Assembly (NCBI GenBank): GCA_964432725.1
Contig: CAYSOP010000002.1
Location: 44,354 to 108,353 of the forward strand
Direction: 5' to 3'
From: an uncultured Candidatus Saccharibacteria bacterium
Lineage (GTDB): Bacteria > Patescibacteriota > Saccharimonadia > Saccharimonadales > UBA4665
DNA length: 64,000 nt
In this document: positions 9,275-18,517 of the stretch, piece after piece
Layout of the letters: each line of letters starts with the position of its first letter
How positions within the stretch are numbered: the stretch's first letter is position 1
Notes under the pieces: model-generated
The model's database searches: none
Told to the model about the DNA's origin: nothing
Seen by the model: only the letters and a program-made list of their open reading frames with translations
Program-made: the position numbers and the translations under genes

Positions 9275-11399
9275 TTAGTTCCCGTACAGCTGCTTTCATG
9301 CTGAGCTGTAATCTTCCCCTATCGTCAACTGCAACCAGCTTGACGGTTACTTTATCGCCTTCTTTTACCACATCGCTGGGCTTGTTGACGCGCTCTTCGG
9401 ACATTTCCGATACATGTACTAAGCCGTCTTTGCCCGGCATAATCTGTACAAACGCGCCAAAGTCCATAACGCTCACTACTGGTTTGTCGTAATAAATGGC
9501 ACCGACTTCTGGGTCTTCGGTAATATCGCGAATCCACTGAATAGCCTTTTTAATGCTTTCGCCGTCGGGGCTAGAGATCATAACAATACCATCGTCTTTA
9601 ATGTCGATTTCGGTACCAGTTTCGCCGGTGATCTTCTGGATGGTTTCGCCACCCTTACCAATAATGTCGCGGATTTTGTCTGGGTTAACCTTGATACTTT
9701 CAACGCGTGGGGCATATGGGCTGAGTTCGGCACGGTGCTCGGGCATAACGGAGATCATATGTTCCAAAATGTGGGCGCGGCCTTCTTTGCCCTGTAGTAG
9801 TGCCTTTTTAAGGGTTTCTACGGGCAAGCCATGGACCTTCATGTCCATTTGCAGCGCTGTAATACCCTTGCTGGTACCGGCGGTCTTAAAGTCCATATCG
9901 CCTGCAAAGTCTTCGGCGTCGGCAATGTCGCTTAAAATAATTGCTTTGTCGCCGTCGATCATAAGGCCCATGGCAATACCGCTGACTGGTGCGGTAAGCG
10001 GCACGCCAGCGTCCAAAAGCGCAAGTACGGCGCTACAGGTAGCAGCCATGCTAGTGCTGCCGTTTTGGCTCATAATTTCGGTAGCCGAACGGATAGCGTA
10101 TGGGAATGCTTCTTCGGAAGGTAGTACCGGTAATATGGCGCGCTCTGCAAGTGCGGAGTGGCCAATTTCGCGGCGGCCCGGGCTGCCAAGGCGCTTGATT
10201 TCGCCAACGGTATAGCCCGGTGCGTTGTAGTGATGGTAAAAGCGCTTTTCTTCGTTGCGCTCCATGGTGTCTAGCAACTGGGCATAGCTAAGCGGTGCAA
10301 GCGTTACGATGTTCATGGCTTGGGTAAGGCCGCGAGTAAATAAGCTGGAGCCATGTGCCCGGGGCAAAAAGCCGACTTCGCTAGACAAGGGGCGAACCTC
10401 GGTAAACTTGCGGCCATCGGGACGGACACCGTCTACCAAAATGTCTTTACGTACATCTTTGTTGGCAGCAGTAGCAAACGCGTCTTCGTAGCTGCGCTTT
10501 ACACCTTCCCACTCGTCGCCGAGTTGCTCGGCAAAGTGTGTCAGTAGTTCTTCGCGCAAGGCGTGCATGCGCTGGTGGCGTTCGGCCATAGGTGCACGAA
10601 GTTTTTCGCCCATTTTACCGTCCAGGAACGCATCGACTGCCTTCTGAATAGCTTCGTCAGGCAGGCTCAGTTCGTATTCTTGGGCTGTTACGCCTACTTT
10701 CTTAACCAGTTCCTTTTGCAAGGCAATGGCTGGCTGCATGGCTTTATAAGCCCATTCTAGTACTTCGGCAACTTGTTCTTCGGTGACGCCGTTCGCGCCA
10801 GCTTCGACCATCATAATGCCACCTTCGGTACCAGCCACCACAATATCGAGGTCGCTCTTGGTTAGGTCGGCCAGTGGCATGAATGCTTCGGGCTTGCCGT
10901 CTTTAAGGCCAATGCGCAAACCTGCTACCGGGCCGTCAAACGGTGCGCCTGTTAGCATAAAGGCTGCGCTGAGGGCAATCATAGCAATCATGTCGGGGCG
11001 GAATGTCGGGTCGGTACTGAGCACCGATGCAACACCCTGCACTTCGTGCCGATAGCCCTTAGGCCACAACGGACGAATAGGCCGGTCGATAATGCGGCCA
11101 ATAAGAACGGCTTCGTCGGAAGGCCTGCCTTCGCGCTTAACAAAGCGGCTGCCACTAATTTTGCCAGCGGCATAAAACTTTTCTTCGTAATCGATACTTA
11201 ATGGAAAATAATCAAAACCAGCCAGTGGCTTGTTGCTTACCATAGCGGTACCGAGTACAACGGTGTCGCCGTAACGAGCGAGTACACTCGCGGTACTGCG
11301 GAAACCAACGCGGTTTACTTCTAGGCTCAGTTTGCGGCCAAAAAAGTCGGTTTCTACGATAATAATGTCTTTTCCGAGGGGATTTATAGTTTGTCCCAT
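9240..11399 (-). CDS. pnp: polyribonucleotide nucleotidyltransferase (PNPase)
   Basis: 719 aa with two RNase PH-like domains, KH ('IIGKGGETIQKI') and S1 ('GAIYYDKPVVSVMDFGAFVQI'). Downstream of rpsO. Confidence 0.95.
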   Translation of the reverse strand: MGQTINPLGKDIIIVETDFFGRKLSLEVNRVGFRSTASVLARYGDTVVLGTAMVSNKPLAGFDYFPLSIDYEEKFYAAGKISGSRFVKREGRPSDEAVLIGRIIDRPIRPLWPKGYRHEVQGVASVLSTDPTFRPDMIAMIALSAAFMLTGAPFDGPVAGLRIGLKDGKPEAFMPLADLTKSDLDIVVAGTEGGIMMVEAGANGVTEEQVAEVLEWAYKAMQPAIALQKELVKKVGVTAQEYELSLPDEAIQKAVDAFLDGKMGEKLRAPMAERHQRMHALREELLTHFAEQLGDEWEGVKRSYEDAFATAANKDVRKDILVDGVRPDGRKFTEVRPLSSEVGFLPRAHGSSLFTRGLTQAMNIVTLAPLSYAQLLDTMERNEEKRFYHHYNAPGYTVGEIKRLGSPGRREIGHSALAERAILPVLPSEEAFPYAIRSATEIMSQNGSTSMAATCSAVLALLDAGVPLTAPVSGIAMGLMIDGDKAIILSDIADAEDFAGDMDFKTAGTSKGITALQMDMKVHGLPVETLKKALLQGKEGRAHILEHMISVMPEHRAELSPYAPRVESIKVNPDKIRDIIGKGGETIQKITGETGTEIDIKDDGIVMISSPDGESIKKAIQWIRDITEDPEVGAIYYDKPVVSVMDFGAFVQIMPGKDGLVHVSEMSEERVNKPSDVVKEGDKVTVKLVAVDDRGRLQLSMKAAVRELNGTAGKKDVQE

Positions 11400-11754
11400 G
11401 GTATTTTAGTTTCTACCTTTCTTCAGGATCCGGGAGTAATGAACACAGTGCAAATATACGAGAACCACCCTTGTGCTTGCTTGGCAGTGCGTATATCTGG
11501 CCCCTGCTCATTACCCACGACCTTCGCACCGCATCAGCTCCAGTCGGGCAAAGCCCGTCTTGCACTGCTGCTCTTGGCACGCTGACTGCGTTGCCAGCTG
11601 TGGTGCTCCTTTACCGTACGATACGTACGGCTCAGTCCGCTCCTCGCTGGCGCCTTGCATCGCGCTCAAGTGCAAAGGTCGTGTTTCAGAATCTTCTTGG
11701 TTAATGTGCACAAGCTTGGAGCCTCGGAGTCCGAGACCCGTAGTCTACGCACGT
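11400..11754 (-). promoter_or_regulatory. 355-nt structured rpsO-pnp intergenic region (candidate pnp 5' leader or unassigned ncRNA)
   Basis: No convincing ORF. Several perfect hairpins are present (for example CCGTACG-TAT-CGTACGG and GUCUCGG-ACU-CCGAGGC). Long-range complementary 7-mers are also present (CUUGUGC/GCACAAG, GCAGUGC/GCACUGC). Confidence 0.35.
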
Positions 11755-12021
11755 TTAGCGGCGAATGCCGAGTTTTTGGATAAGGTCTAGGTACGCTTTG
11801 CCATCCTTGGATGCCAAGTACTTAAGTGCACGCTTGCGCTTGCCAACTAATTGCAGCAAACCGCGGCGGGCCATAAAGTCGTGCTTGTTGACCTTTAGGT
11901 GCTCGGTTAGCTCTTTAATGCGCTCGGTCATAATGCCGGCTTGCACAGCGGGAGACCCGGTGTCGGTTTTTTTGGATTGCAGGTCAGTAATAATGCCCTG
12001 TTTTTTCTCACTTGAAATCAT
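11755..12021 (-). CDS. rpsO: 30S ribosomal protein uS15
   Basis: 88 aa. 'GSPAVQAGIMTERIKELTEHLKVNKHDFMARRGLLQLVGKRKRALKYL' is the S15 signature. Confidence 0.9.
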   Translation of the reverse strand: MISSEKKQGIITDLQSKKTDTGSPAVQAGIMTERIKELTEHLKVNKHDFMARRGLLQLVGKRKRALKYLASKDGKAYLDLIQKLGIRR

Positions 12022-12069
12022 ACTAAGAGCATTCTATCAGATGAGCACCCCATTCGCAAGACCTAGTAA

Positions 12070-12576
12070 TTAGACGACGTCGTGGCGCGTTGTAGTGTGC
12101 TGCCCAGGAGTACCATACACAGTCGGGTTTTCTGCCTGCAGTCGAGCAGTTCGCACGGCGGTCTCTTCGTGGATATGCGCCATCCGCGCTGTAGTTTCTC
12201 GCTGGATCTGAGCCATCCTGTCTGCAACTTCTTGCCGAATCTGAGCCATGCGGTCAGCTACTACGGCTTGCGTATCCGTATATAGGCGCTGCGCCTTGTC
12301 TACAGTTACTTCATGCCAGTTAGTGTAGTCACGTGCAGCCCTGTCGCCGCCATATGCAGTTGGGGCGATCTTCTCGCCCTGCAGGATCTCTTCGCCTTTT
12401 CGAGGCCCACTCGAACCGTCAACAGCGGAATTATTTTCCATAATCACCACTTTTTCTACAGGGACAGCACCTATGGCGGCAGCGGAAGTAGGGTCTACCA
12501 TTTCCCATTCAGCATTGATATATCCCTGAGGCCCCTCTGGCGAACCTTCTATAGGCAGAGGTAATGACATTAACAT
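12070..12576 (-). CDS. hypothetical protein with tandem 11-12-aa 'ADRMAQIRQE'-type repeats
   Basis: 168-aa ORF. Residues 106-148 are three to four imperfect tandem copies. Confidence 0.5.
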   Translation of the reverse strand: MLMSLPLPIEGSPEGPQGYINAEWEMVDPTSAAAIGAVPVEKVVIMENNSAVDGSSGPRKGEEILQGEKIAPTAYGGDRAARDYTNWHEVTVDKAQRLYTDTQAVVADRMAQIRQEVADRMAQIQRETTARMAHIHEETAVRTARLQAENPTVYGTPGQHTTTRHDVV

Positions 12577-12615
12577 ACACTAGCATAATAAGATGATTTA
12601 GTCAATTATATAATG

Positions 12616-13311
12616 CTACTGCACGAGTAGATTTTGTTGGATTACTTCAGGCGTTAACCCATCTATTGCTACGGCGTGTTCGATATTGAATTTGCCTACG
12701 CGGGTGCGGCGCAGTGCTGGCATGTAGGCGCCAGTATCTAACCCCTTGCCAATGTCTTCTACTAACGAGCGTATGTAGGTGCCACTGGCTACGTGGGCGG
12801 TAAACCACACAAATGGATATTCGTACTTGGTAACAATAATGCGCTCTATGCGGGTGGGGCGTGGCTGCATGTCGGGCGCCTTACCCTCGCGGGCCAGTTT
12901 GTAGGCTCGCTGGCCGTTAATTTTGATGGCAGAAAAAGCTGGTGGGGTTTGCATAATGTCGCCCTCGAACCGGGCGCATGCTATGTGGACCTCTGGCAAG
13001 GTAGGCACTTTGTCGGATATCTTGGTCTTTTCGCCTTCGTCGTCACCCGTAGTGCTGGTAACGCCTAGTTGCATAGTAACGTCATAGCTTTTATCGAGTT
13101 TGGTGTAGAGCGGTACTTTTTTGGTGTAGGTACCGAGCATAAGTACAAGAAGTCCGGTTGCTAGCGGATCAAGCGTGCCCGTATGCCCTACGGGAAAACG
13201 TTTTTTATTAGAAGTATTTAATTCGCTGTTGCCAACAATACGGCGCACTTTATTAACCACATCGAACGATGTCCAGCCAGATGGTTTATCTACAAGTAAA
13301 ATGCCGTTCAT
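12616..13311 (-). CDS. truB: tRNA pseudouridine(55) synthase
   Basis: 'GILLVDKPSGWTSFDVV' and the catalytic 'HTGTLDPLATGLL' motif. Confidence 0.9.
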   Translation of the reverse strand: MNGILLVDKPSGWTSFDVVNKVRRIVGNSELNTSNKKRFPVGHTGTLDPLATGLLVLMLGTYTKKVPLYTKLDKSYDVTMQLGVTSTTGDDEGEKTKISDKVPTLPEVHIACARFEGDIMQTPPAFSAIKINGQRAYKLAREGKAPDMQPRPTRIERIIVTKYEYPFVWFTAHVASGTYIRSLVEDIGKGLDTGAYMPALRRTRVGKFNIEHAVAIDGLTPEVIQQNLLVQ

Positions 13312-13337
13312 GCCAGCCAGTATACAGCGTTTCTACG

Positions 13338-15440
13338 CTACTGCGGCATCATCGGGGGTGGGCCGGGAGGAATAAGGCCATTGCCGGGAGCTGGTGCTGA
13401 CGGCTGGATAACCGATGGATTAAAGCTAGACATACCGCCGGGCATTGGCGCCGGAGTAGCTGGTGGAGGCGGCGGTGCTGGGTGCAATGGTTCGCCAAGC
13501 GGCTGCGCGTTAAGAGCGGCAATAGGCTCCACCCCGCCTGGTTGCGAGGCAATTGCTTCGCGCACGGCTTCGCGGGCACTTTCTAGGTCTGGTAATGGTT
13601 CCTCGGGTTCAGGTGCGGGAGGTGGAGGTGTAACCATTGGCGCTGGCGCGGGTGGCGGGGCCATAGGTCTTGGCTGCGAATAATCGGGTTCAGGCATTGG
13701 ACCCTGCGGAGGCGGAGGGGTGGCAAAACTCGGATTTGCCGGAGGCAATGGCGGCTGCTGCATGTGGGGACTGCCGACTCCCTGCTCTAACTGCGTAAGG
13801 GTGGGGCTGTTAGAGAGGGCTGGTGGCGGTGGAAGTGGTGCAGGAGCCGGTACCGGCGGTAACGATTGCGGCTGAGGTGGTTGACTAGGAATGGGCGGCA
13901 ACTGAGGCGCCGGTGGTGGCGCTGGGGGGAATACTGGAGCCGGTGGCGGTGTTGGGGCTACCGGTGGCTGATAGACAGGTGGTGGAGGAGGCGGAGCCAT
14001 GGGTTGCGGCGGCACAACAGGTTGTGGCGGAGGTGTTGGAGCGGGCGCTGGTGCTGGGGGCGGAAGTGGTGGCGCCATGGGTTGCTGCGGAGCAGCCGGG
14101 GCCGAAGCAATAAACGAACTCGCTGCGGCGGTCGTCGCCGAAGCCGGCGGCAAATATGATGATTGCTGCGTGGGCAGCGTACCCTCTATAGGGTCACCAT
14201 TTGTAGGGGTCGTTTGGCCTAAAAAAGATTGGGGTGCCCCCGATGGTGGTTCTAAACCGTCGCCGCCCATATTACCAGGCCCAAAACTGTCGCTCTGGCC
14301 AGCGCCACCTACTGGCGGTTGCAAGATCATGTGTGCGCTGCCCATATGCTCTGTCGGGTCGGTGGTGCCCTTCTGCTCTTGGGCAGGCGTCAACACGCCT
14401 GGCGTAGACGGCTGCGGTGTTGGGGTGGCTGCCTGCGACGGTTCTTGCTCTTTAATTTCTTCCATATTTCTCAGCGACCCGTGCTCATCAATATGAATCT
14501 GGGGCATAGGCGGAGCTTCTTCCGGCTTTTCTTCTTCGGGTTCTGGTTCTGGTGCCGGCGCTTCGGCCTCGCGCTTTTCGTGAGTAATCTCTAGGGTACC
14601 GTCGTCAGGCTTAGGTGGCTCGTCATGATGTTCTTGGGAATTATCGTGGTTGCCCTCGTTGTGTTCTTCGTGGTGCTCGGGCGCTTTCGGAGGCAGTGGT
14701 GCGGGTTCTTCGAGCTTAGTGGCTACTAACTGCTGATTGGCGCCGGCAGCCATAAGTTCGGCGCTCACGCTCATGGTGTTTGGCGAAGTCTTTTCGTTAC
14801 TAAACCGGTCTGTTTCGGCAACAATACCTGTTAAGAATGCGGTAGCCATTTGGCCGTCCATAAGGTCTTTATCGACAGCGTCAATAAGTTCTACGCCTAG
14901 TTCGGACAGGCTGCTGGCGTCTTGCTTAAGCCAGTTCATGGTGCCTAGTTCCCCGCCCGGCTTCAGGTTAACGGTAGCTACCGTAGCATCGTGCAGAATA
15001 CGGCCATGCGACGTAATAGCTTGGTCAAGATCGGTTTGGACATGCACCCCTAACGCTAACACGACGTCAACGTTAAAATCACCCTGCGAAAAGTCCAAAT
15101 CCTTTTGGTTGATCGAGGTACGATACGGGGTAATAAATATTTTGACAACTTTGTCTTCTACCTTGTAACGCAATTTGTCGGCTTTGGCTTTGTCGAGGGC
15201 AATAATAAAATCGCGTAGGCTGTCGGTATTTTTTTCGAGGGTTTTTTCGGGTTGTAAGAACTCTATGGTACTAGGCACATCGCCGCTAAATACGGCGGTG
15301 GCATGCTTACCCATCTTATTAAGGGCTAAGGTGAGGCCAATACAAGAAGCTAATTGGTCAACCGACGGATTATTGCTTACCGTCACTAATATGTTGTTTG
15401 CCTCTTTGAGCCTGTCGGCTATTGCCTGTTTTTGGTCCAT
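13338..15440 (-). CDS. DHH/NrnA-like (degenerate) domain protein with ~450-aa proline-rich C-terminal tail
   Basis: The N-terminal ~245 aa align by eye to the NrnA/DHH-subfamily-1 layout and sit in the usual position upstream of truB. The DxD motif is replaced ('VSNNPSVD') and no DHH triad was seen. The remainder is PPPAP-type low complexity. Confidence 0.65.
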   Translation of the reverse strand: MDQKQAIADRLKEANNILVTVSNNPSVDQLASCIGLTLALNKMGKHATAVFSGDVPSTIEFLQPEKTLEKNTDSLRDFIIALDKAKADKLRYKVEDKVVKIFITPYRTSINQKDLDFSQGDFNVDVVLALGVHVQTDLDQAITSHGRILHDATVATVNLKPGGELGTMNWLKQDASSLSELGVELIDAVDKDLMDGQMATAFLTGIVAETDRFSNEKTSPNTMSVSAELMAAGANQQLVATKLEEPAPLPPKAPEHHEEHNEGNHDNSQEHHDEPPKPDDGTLEITHEKREAEAPAPEPEPEEEKPEEAPPMPQIHIDEHGSLRNMEEIKEQEPSQAATPTPQPSTPGVLTPAQEQKGTTDPTEHMGSAHMILQPPVGGAGQSDSFGPGNMGGDGLEPPSGAPQSFLGQTTPTNGDPIEGTLPTQQSSYLPPASATTAAASSFIASAPAAPQQPMAPPLPPPAPAPAPTPPPQPVVPPQPMAPPPPPPVYQPPVAPTPPPAPVFPPAPPPAPQLPPIPSQPPQPQSLPPVPAPAPLPPPPALSNSPTLTQLEQGVGSPHMQQPPLPPANPSFATPPPPQGPMPEPDYSQPRPMAPPPAPAPMVTPPPPAPEPEEPLPDLESAREAVREAIASQPGGVEPIAALNAQPLGEPLHPAPPPPPATPAPMPGGMSSFNPSVIQPSAPAPGNGLIPPGPPPMMPQ

Positions 15441-15509
15441 TTTTGTTTCTACCTTCTCTGTAATTGCAGCGTATCACATAAGCGCAATCAGCGCAAAGTC
15501 ATTTGTAGC

Positions 15510-18362
15510 TTACTTCTTACGTACAGCGCGGCGAATAAGGGCTATAAGGACGGCCAATACAACGGAAGCCAGCGGAATAAATCCTGGGTTAAGCCCTGCC
15601 TTTACTAGGCCAACGGCAGCGGCAATGCTTAGCACAAGCCATAACAGACAGGCCGTGCGACTTACGCGCAGACGTACGTACTCCGCACCCAAGTAGTAAT
15701 ACGGGAAGACGGTAATAACCAGGAACGTGCTTGAAAGCAATCCGCCAATAAGCACGGTCGTTAGGCCCTGCCAGAATGGACTGGTAATACTTAAGGGCAG
15801 CAGCGACACCACAGCGGTTAAGCTGGTGGCAATAAGTGGCCTAAAACGTTCTTCTAGAGCGCCGGCGGCTGCATCTATGGCACTAGCGCCCGACCTACGT
15901 AGCTGGTTGGCATAATCAGTTAACAAGATGGTGTTCTTAATACTTAGGCCAATCAGCGCAAAGAATCCGAGCATCGCAAAGAAGCTAAACGCGTTGTCGG
16001 TAAGGTACAAGCCGAGTGTAATACCAAACAAGCTAAACGGAATGGCCATAAAGATTAGCAGCGGCTGGGCCAGCGACCTAAACTGTATTGCCAACAAAAT
16101 GTATATTGCAAACAGCAGTACCGGGAACGCAATAGCTAACGTTTTAAACGAATCCTGGTTTTCTTGTTCTTGGCCAAGGTCAAAGTTAAGTGCAGACGCA
16201 GGCAGGCCATAGCTGCGTATTTTCTCGGCCGTAAACTCTTTCTTGATGGCATCTTGCGCTAACGCAACCAATGTAGAGGTATCGGTGCCGTCAAACGTTG
16301 CGCTTACCTGCACATACGATTTGCCGTCGGCGCGGGTGTACGTGCTGGGATCCGATACGTTCGCTTCGGTAATCGTAGCTTTCTCGCCGCTCAAACGGGT
16401 TAATTTTTTGCCGTCCAAGAAAGTCTTTAGGTCGCCAGCTAAGCGCTCGGCTGCCGGACGGTTGTCGGTTTCTATGCGTACATTAAAGCTAGAGCTTGGC
16501 GGGCCGACATCTAACTGCGATATCGCCACACGAGCGCCATCAAAGCCTTTGAAGTCCCCTTTTAGTTCGTCTACAAGCTGGGGCGAGGTGCTTTCGCGGT
16601 CTTTATAAGACACCAGGTATACATACAAGTTAGCCGTTTGAGCGGTAGCGTTCTCGTAGTACGAGGCCGCTTTAAAGTTATCACCCAGGCCCTCGCCCAT
16701 AATGGCGTCAGCTCGGTCGGCAACAGCCTCTGCTTGGTCTATGGTAGTACCGGGCGCAAAGGTAAGCTGCACCATCATGCCGTTCGTATCTTTGCTTGGC
16801 GGGAAGATGTTAAAGGTAACTTTCTGGAACAGATATCCGGCCGCGCCAATAAAGCTGAATCCAATAATAACCGCAACTATGCCAACACCAAACAAGCGCT
16901 TTTTAACGCCCCTTGCCCACAGCATGGGGCCAGCAATAAATGCAGCCACCTTGGCTTCGTAGCGTGCGGCTGGCTCGTGTACATTTTTGGCGCCCATTTG
17001 CTTTTTACCCAGCAGCAAATAGCGAGCAAACAACGGAATAAAGAACAGCGCTACGAACAGGCTGACCGCCAAGCTAGTAATAACAGTTACCGGTATGGCA
17101 CGGATAAAACCGCCCAAAATACCACCCACAAACAGCAGTGGTGCAAAGCTTAGAATAGCGGTTGATGTGGCCGCTACCATGGCACGACTGACTTTACGGG
17201 TAGCAACGGCTACTGTTTCGTTGGGGTCATTACGACGGCGACGCTGGGCGTCTAACGCCTCCACCATAATAATGGTGTCGTCAACAATCAGCCCGAGGCA
17301 CAAAATAAGCGCAAATAAGGTAATAGTATTAAGCGAATAGCCCACCAGGAACAGTACGCCCAGGGTTATAGACAGCACCGTCAGCATAGACAGTACCGTA
17401 ATAATAGAGGCCCGGATAGCAATAACAATCGAGCCAATAATAAGCACTGCCAGCAAGCCCTCTAAAAGCGCCTGCTGCAACTCACCTATCTGGTCTTTAA
17501 TGTCTGGAGCATAGCTGGCGCTTAGCACACTAGTAAACACACTGTCCGGATGCTGGTTGTTGTATTTGTCTAGTGCTTGGCGGATGGTAGTGTCGAGGTC
17601 AATAACGTCGGTACCGTCCTTTTGGGCATAGCCAACGGCTACTGACTCATAAAATCGGTTTTGGTCGCCCGTACGTGCGCCATAACGGTCGAACTTAGTT
17701 TGCGTTAGCACGTTCTGGCCGGTCGTAGGATCAGTACCTTTTACATAGGGATCGATCACCGAAATAGATTCTATGGCGGCAAGGCGTTGCGACTTAATGT
17801 AATCGCTGACTTTTTTGCCTTCTTCGGCCAGCTGGCTCGCCGAGACTCCGGGGTTTTTGGCGTACACCGTTATGACACCGTCGTCACCGCGTTCGGTAAA
17901 GCCAAACTTTGGCGCCTGAGCCTCTATAGTTGCCGGCCGGGGCAATACTTTTGCCGCCTTCACGCGTGCTTCTAGGTCTGCGCCTGCCTTGGCAGCATCC
18001 GTGCCCTCTTCGTACTGGATAATAACGTTATAAAAAACGCCTTGCGATTGGGTTTGTACACTCTTAACGCGGTCGTCTTTAAGGACAATGTCGCTAATTG
18101 GTTTGGCTACTTCGCGGTCTACCTTTTCGGGGTTGTTGACTAAGTATGTGCCGGTAAGCATAGAGAAAGGAATACTGACGCTCGGGAATCCTTCGCGCTG
18201 TAAAAGTGTTGTATAGCTTACAATTCCGAATGCCGTAAACAACAGCCACACAATGGCCGCCAGCCGGGGCCGGTTAAAGATTGCCAAGCTCAGACGCGGC
18301 AGCAACCGGTCTTGCCCATCGTTTTTATATACATTGCTTAGCGGTTTTTTCGTTTGTGGCAT
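15510..18362 (-). CDS. RND-superfamily (AcrB/MMPL-like) transporter permease
   Basis: 950 aa in a duplicated architecture of TM1, large loop and TM bundle. The N-terminus 'IFNRPRLAAIVWLLFTAFGIVSYTTL' is AcrB-like. No adjacent MFP or OMF gene. Confidence 0.8.
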   Translation of the reverse strand: MPQTKKPLSNVYKNDGQDRLLPRLSLAIFNRPRLAAIVWLLFTAFGIVSYTTLLQREGFPSVSIPFSMLTGTYLVNNPEKVDREVAKPISDIVLKDDRVKSVQTQSQGVFYNVIIQYEEGTDAAKAGADLEARVKAAKVLPRPATIEAQAPKFGFTERGDDGVITVYAKNPGVSASQLAEEGKKVSDYIKSQRLAAIESISVIDPYVKGTDPTTGQNVLTQTKFDRYGARTGDQNRFYESVAVGYAQKDGTDVIDLDTTIRQALDKYNNQHPDSVFTSVLSASYAPDIKDQIGELQQALLEGLLAVLIIGSIVIAIRASIITVLSMLTVLSITLGVLFLVGYSLNTITLFALILCLGLIVDDTIIMVEALDAQRRRRNDPNETVAVATRKVSRAMVAATSTAILSFAPLLFVGGILGGFIRAIPVTVITSLAVSLFVALFFIPLFARYLLLGKKQMGAKNVHEPAARYEAKVAAFIAGPMLWARGVKKRLFGVGIVAVIIGFSFIGAAGYLFQKVTFNIFPPSKDTNGMMVQLTFAPGTTIDQAEAVADRADAIMGEGLGDNFKAASYYENATAQTANLYVYLVSYKDRESTSPQLVDELKGDFKGFDGARVAISQLDVGPPSSSFNVRIETDNRPAAERLAGDLKTFLDGKKLTRLSGEKATITEANVSDPSTYTRADGKSYVQVSATFDGTDTSTLVALAQDAIKKEFTAEKIRSYGLPASALNFDLGQEQENQDSFKTLAIAFPVLLFAIYILLAIQFRSLAQPLLIFMAIPFSLFGITLGLYLTDNAFSFFAMLGFFALIGLSIKNTILLTDYANQLRRSGASAIDAAAGALEERFRPLIATSLTAVVSLLPLSITSPFWQGLTTVLIGGLLSSTFLVITVFPYYYLGAEYVRLRVSRTACLLWLVLSIAAAVGLVKAGLNPGFIPLASVVLAVLIALIRRAVRKK

Positions 18363-18448
18363 GCCAAGATGATCCTCTTTATACCAGTATGGTAACAGGC
18401 AATGCTTGGGTTGTTAACAATAACTACCTCGTAACAGGGTGTGACCCC

Positions 18449-18477
18449 TTTACAATCTGGCCTACCTCTTGTATATT
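18449..18477 (+). promoter_or_regulatory. candidate sigma-70 promoter of rpsT
   Basis: TTTACA, a 17-nt spacer, then TATATT, about 40 nt upstream of the rpsT ATG. Confidence 0.45.
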
Positions 18478-18517
18478 AGGCAGTAACGATAACGTAAATA
18501 AAAGGTCTTAAACCACC

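Noticed and set aside
11400-11754. RNase P RNA or SRP (4.5S) RNA in the rpsO-pnp gap. Fragments such as GAGGAGCGGAC, GCUGGCAACGC, CAGUGCAAGA, GGUAAUGAGC and GUCAGC...AGCAGC loosely recall RNase P and SRP motifs.
   Set aside because: The invariant GAGGAAAGUCC / ACAGAA.CCGGCUUA P4 strands are absent. No partner exists for the putative P4 5' strand. The SRP GGAA tetraloop and symmetric-loop context do not pair. The resemblance is too weak without a covariance-model score.
13381-14594. Plus-strand ORFs (Gly/Trp/Arg-rich) opposite the proline-rich region.
   Set aside because: They are mirror-image artefacts of CCN-rich coding DNA on the minus strand (GGN/TGG/CGG codons) and have no independent start signals.
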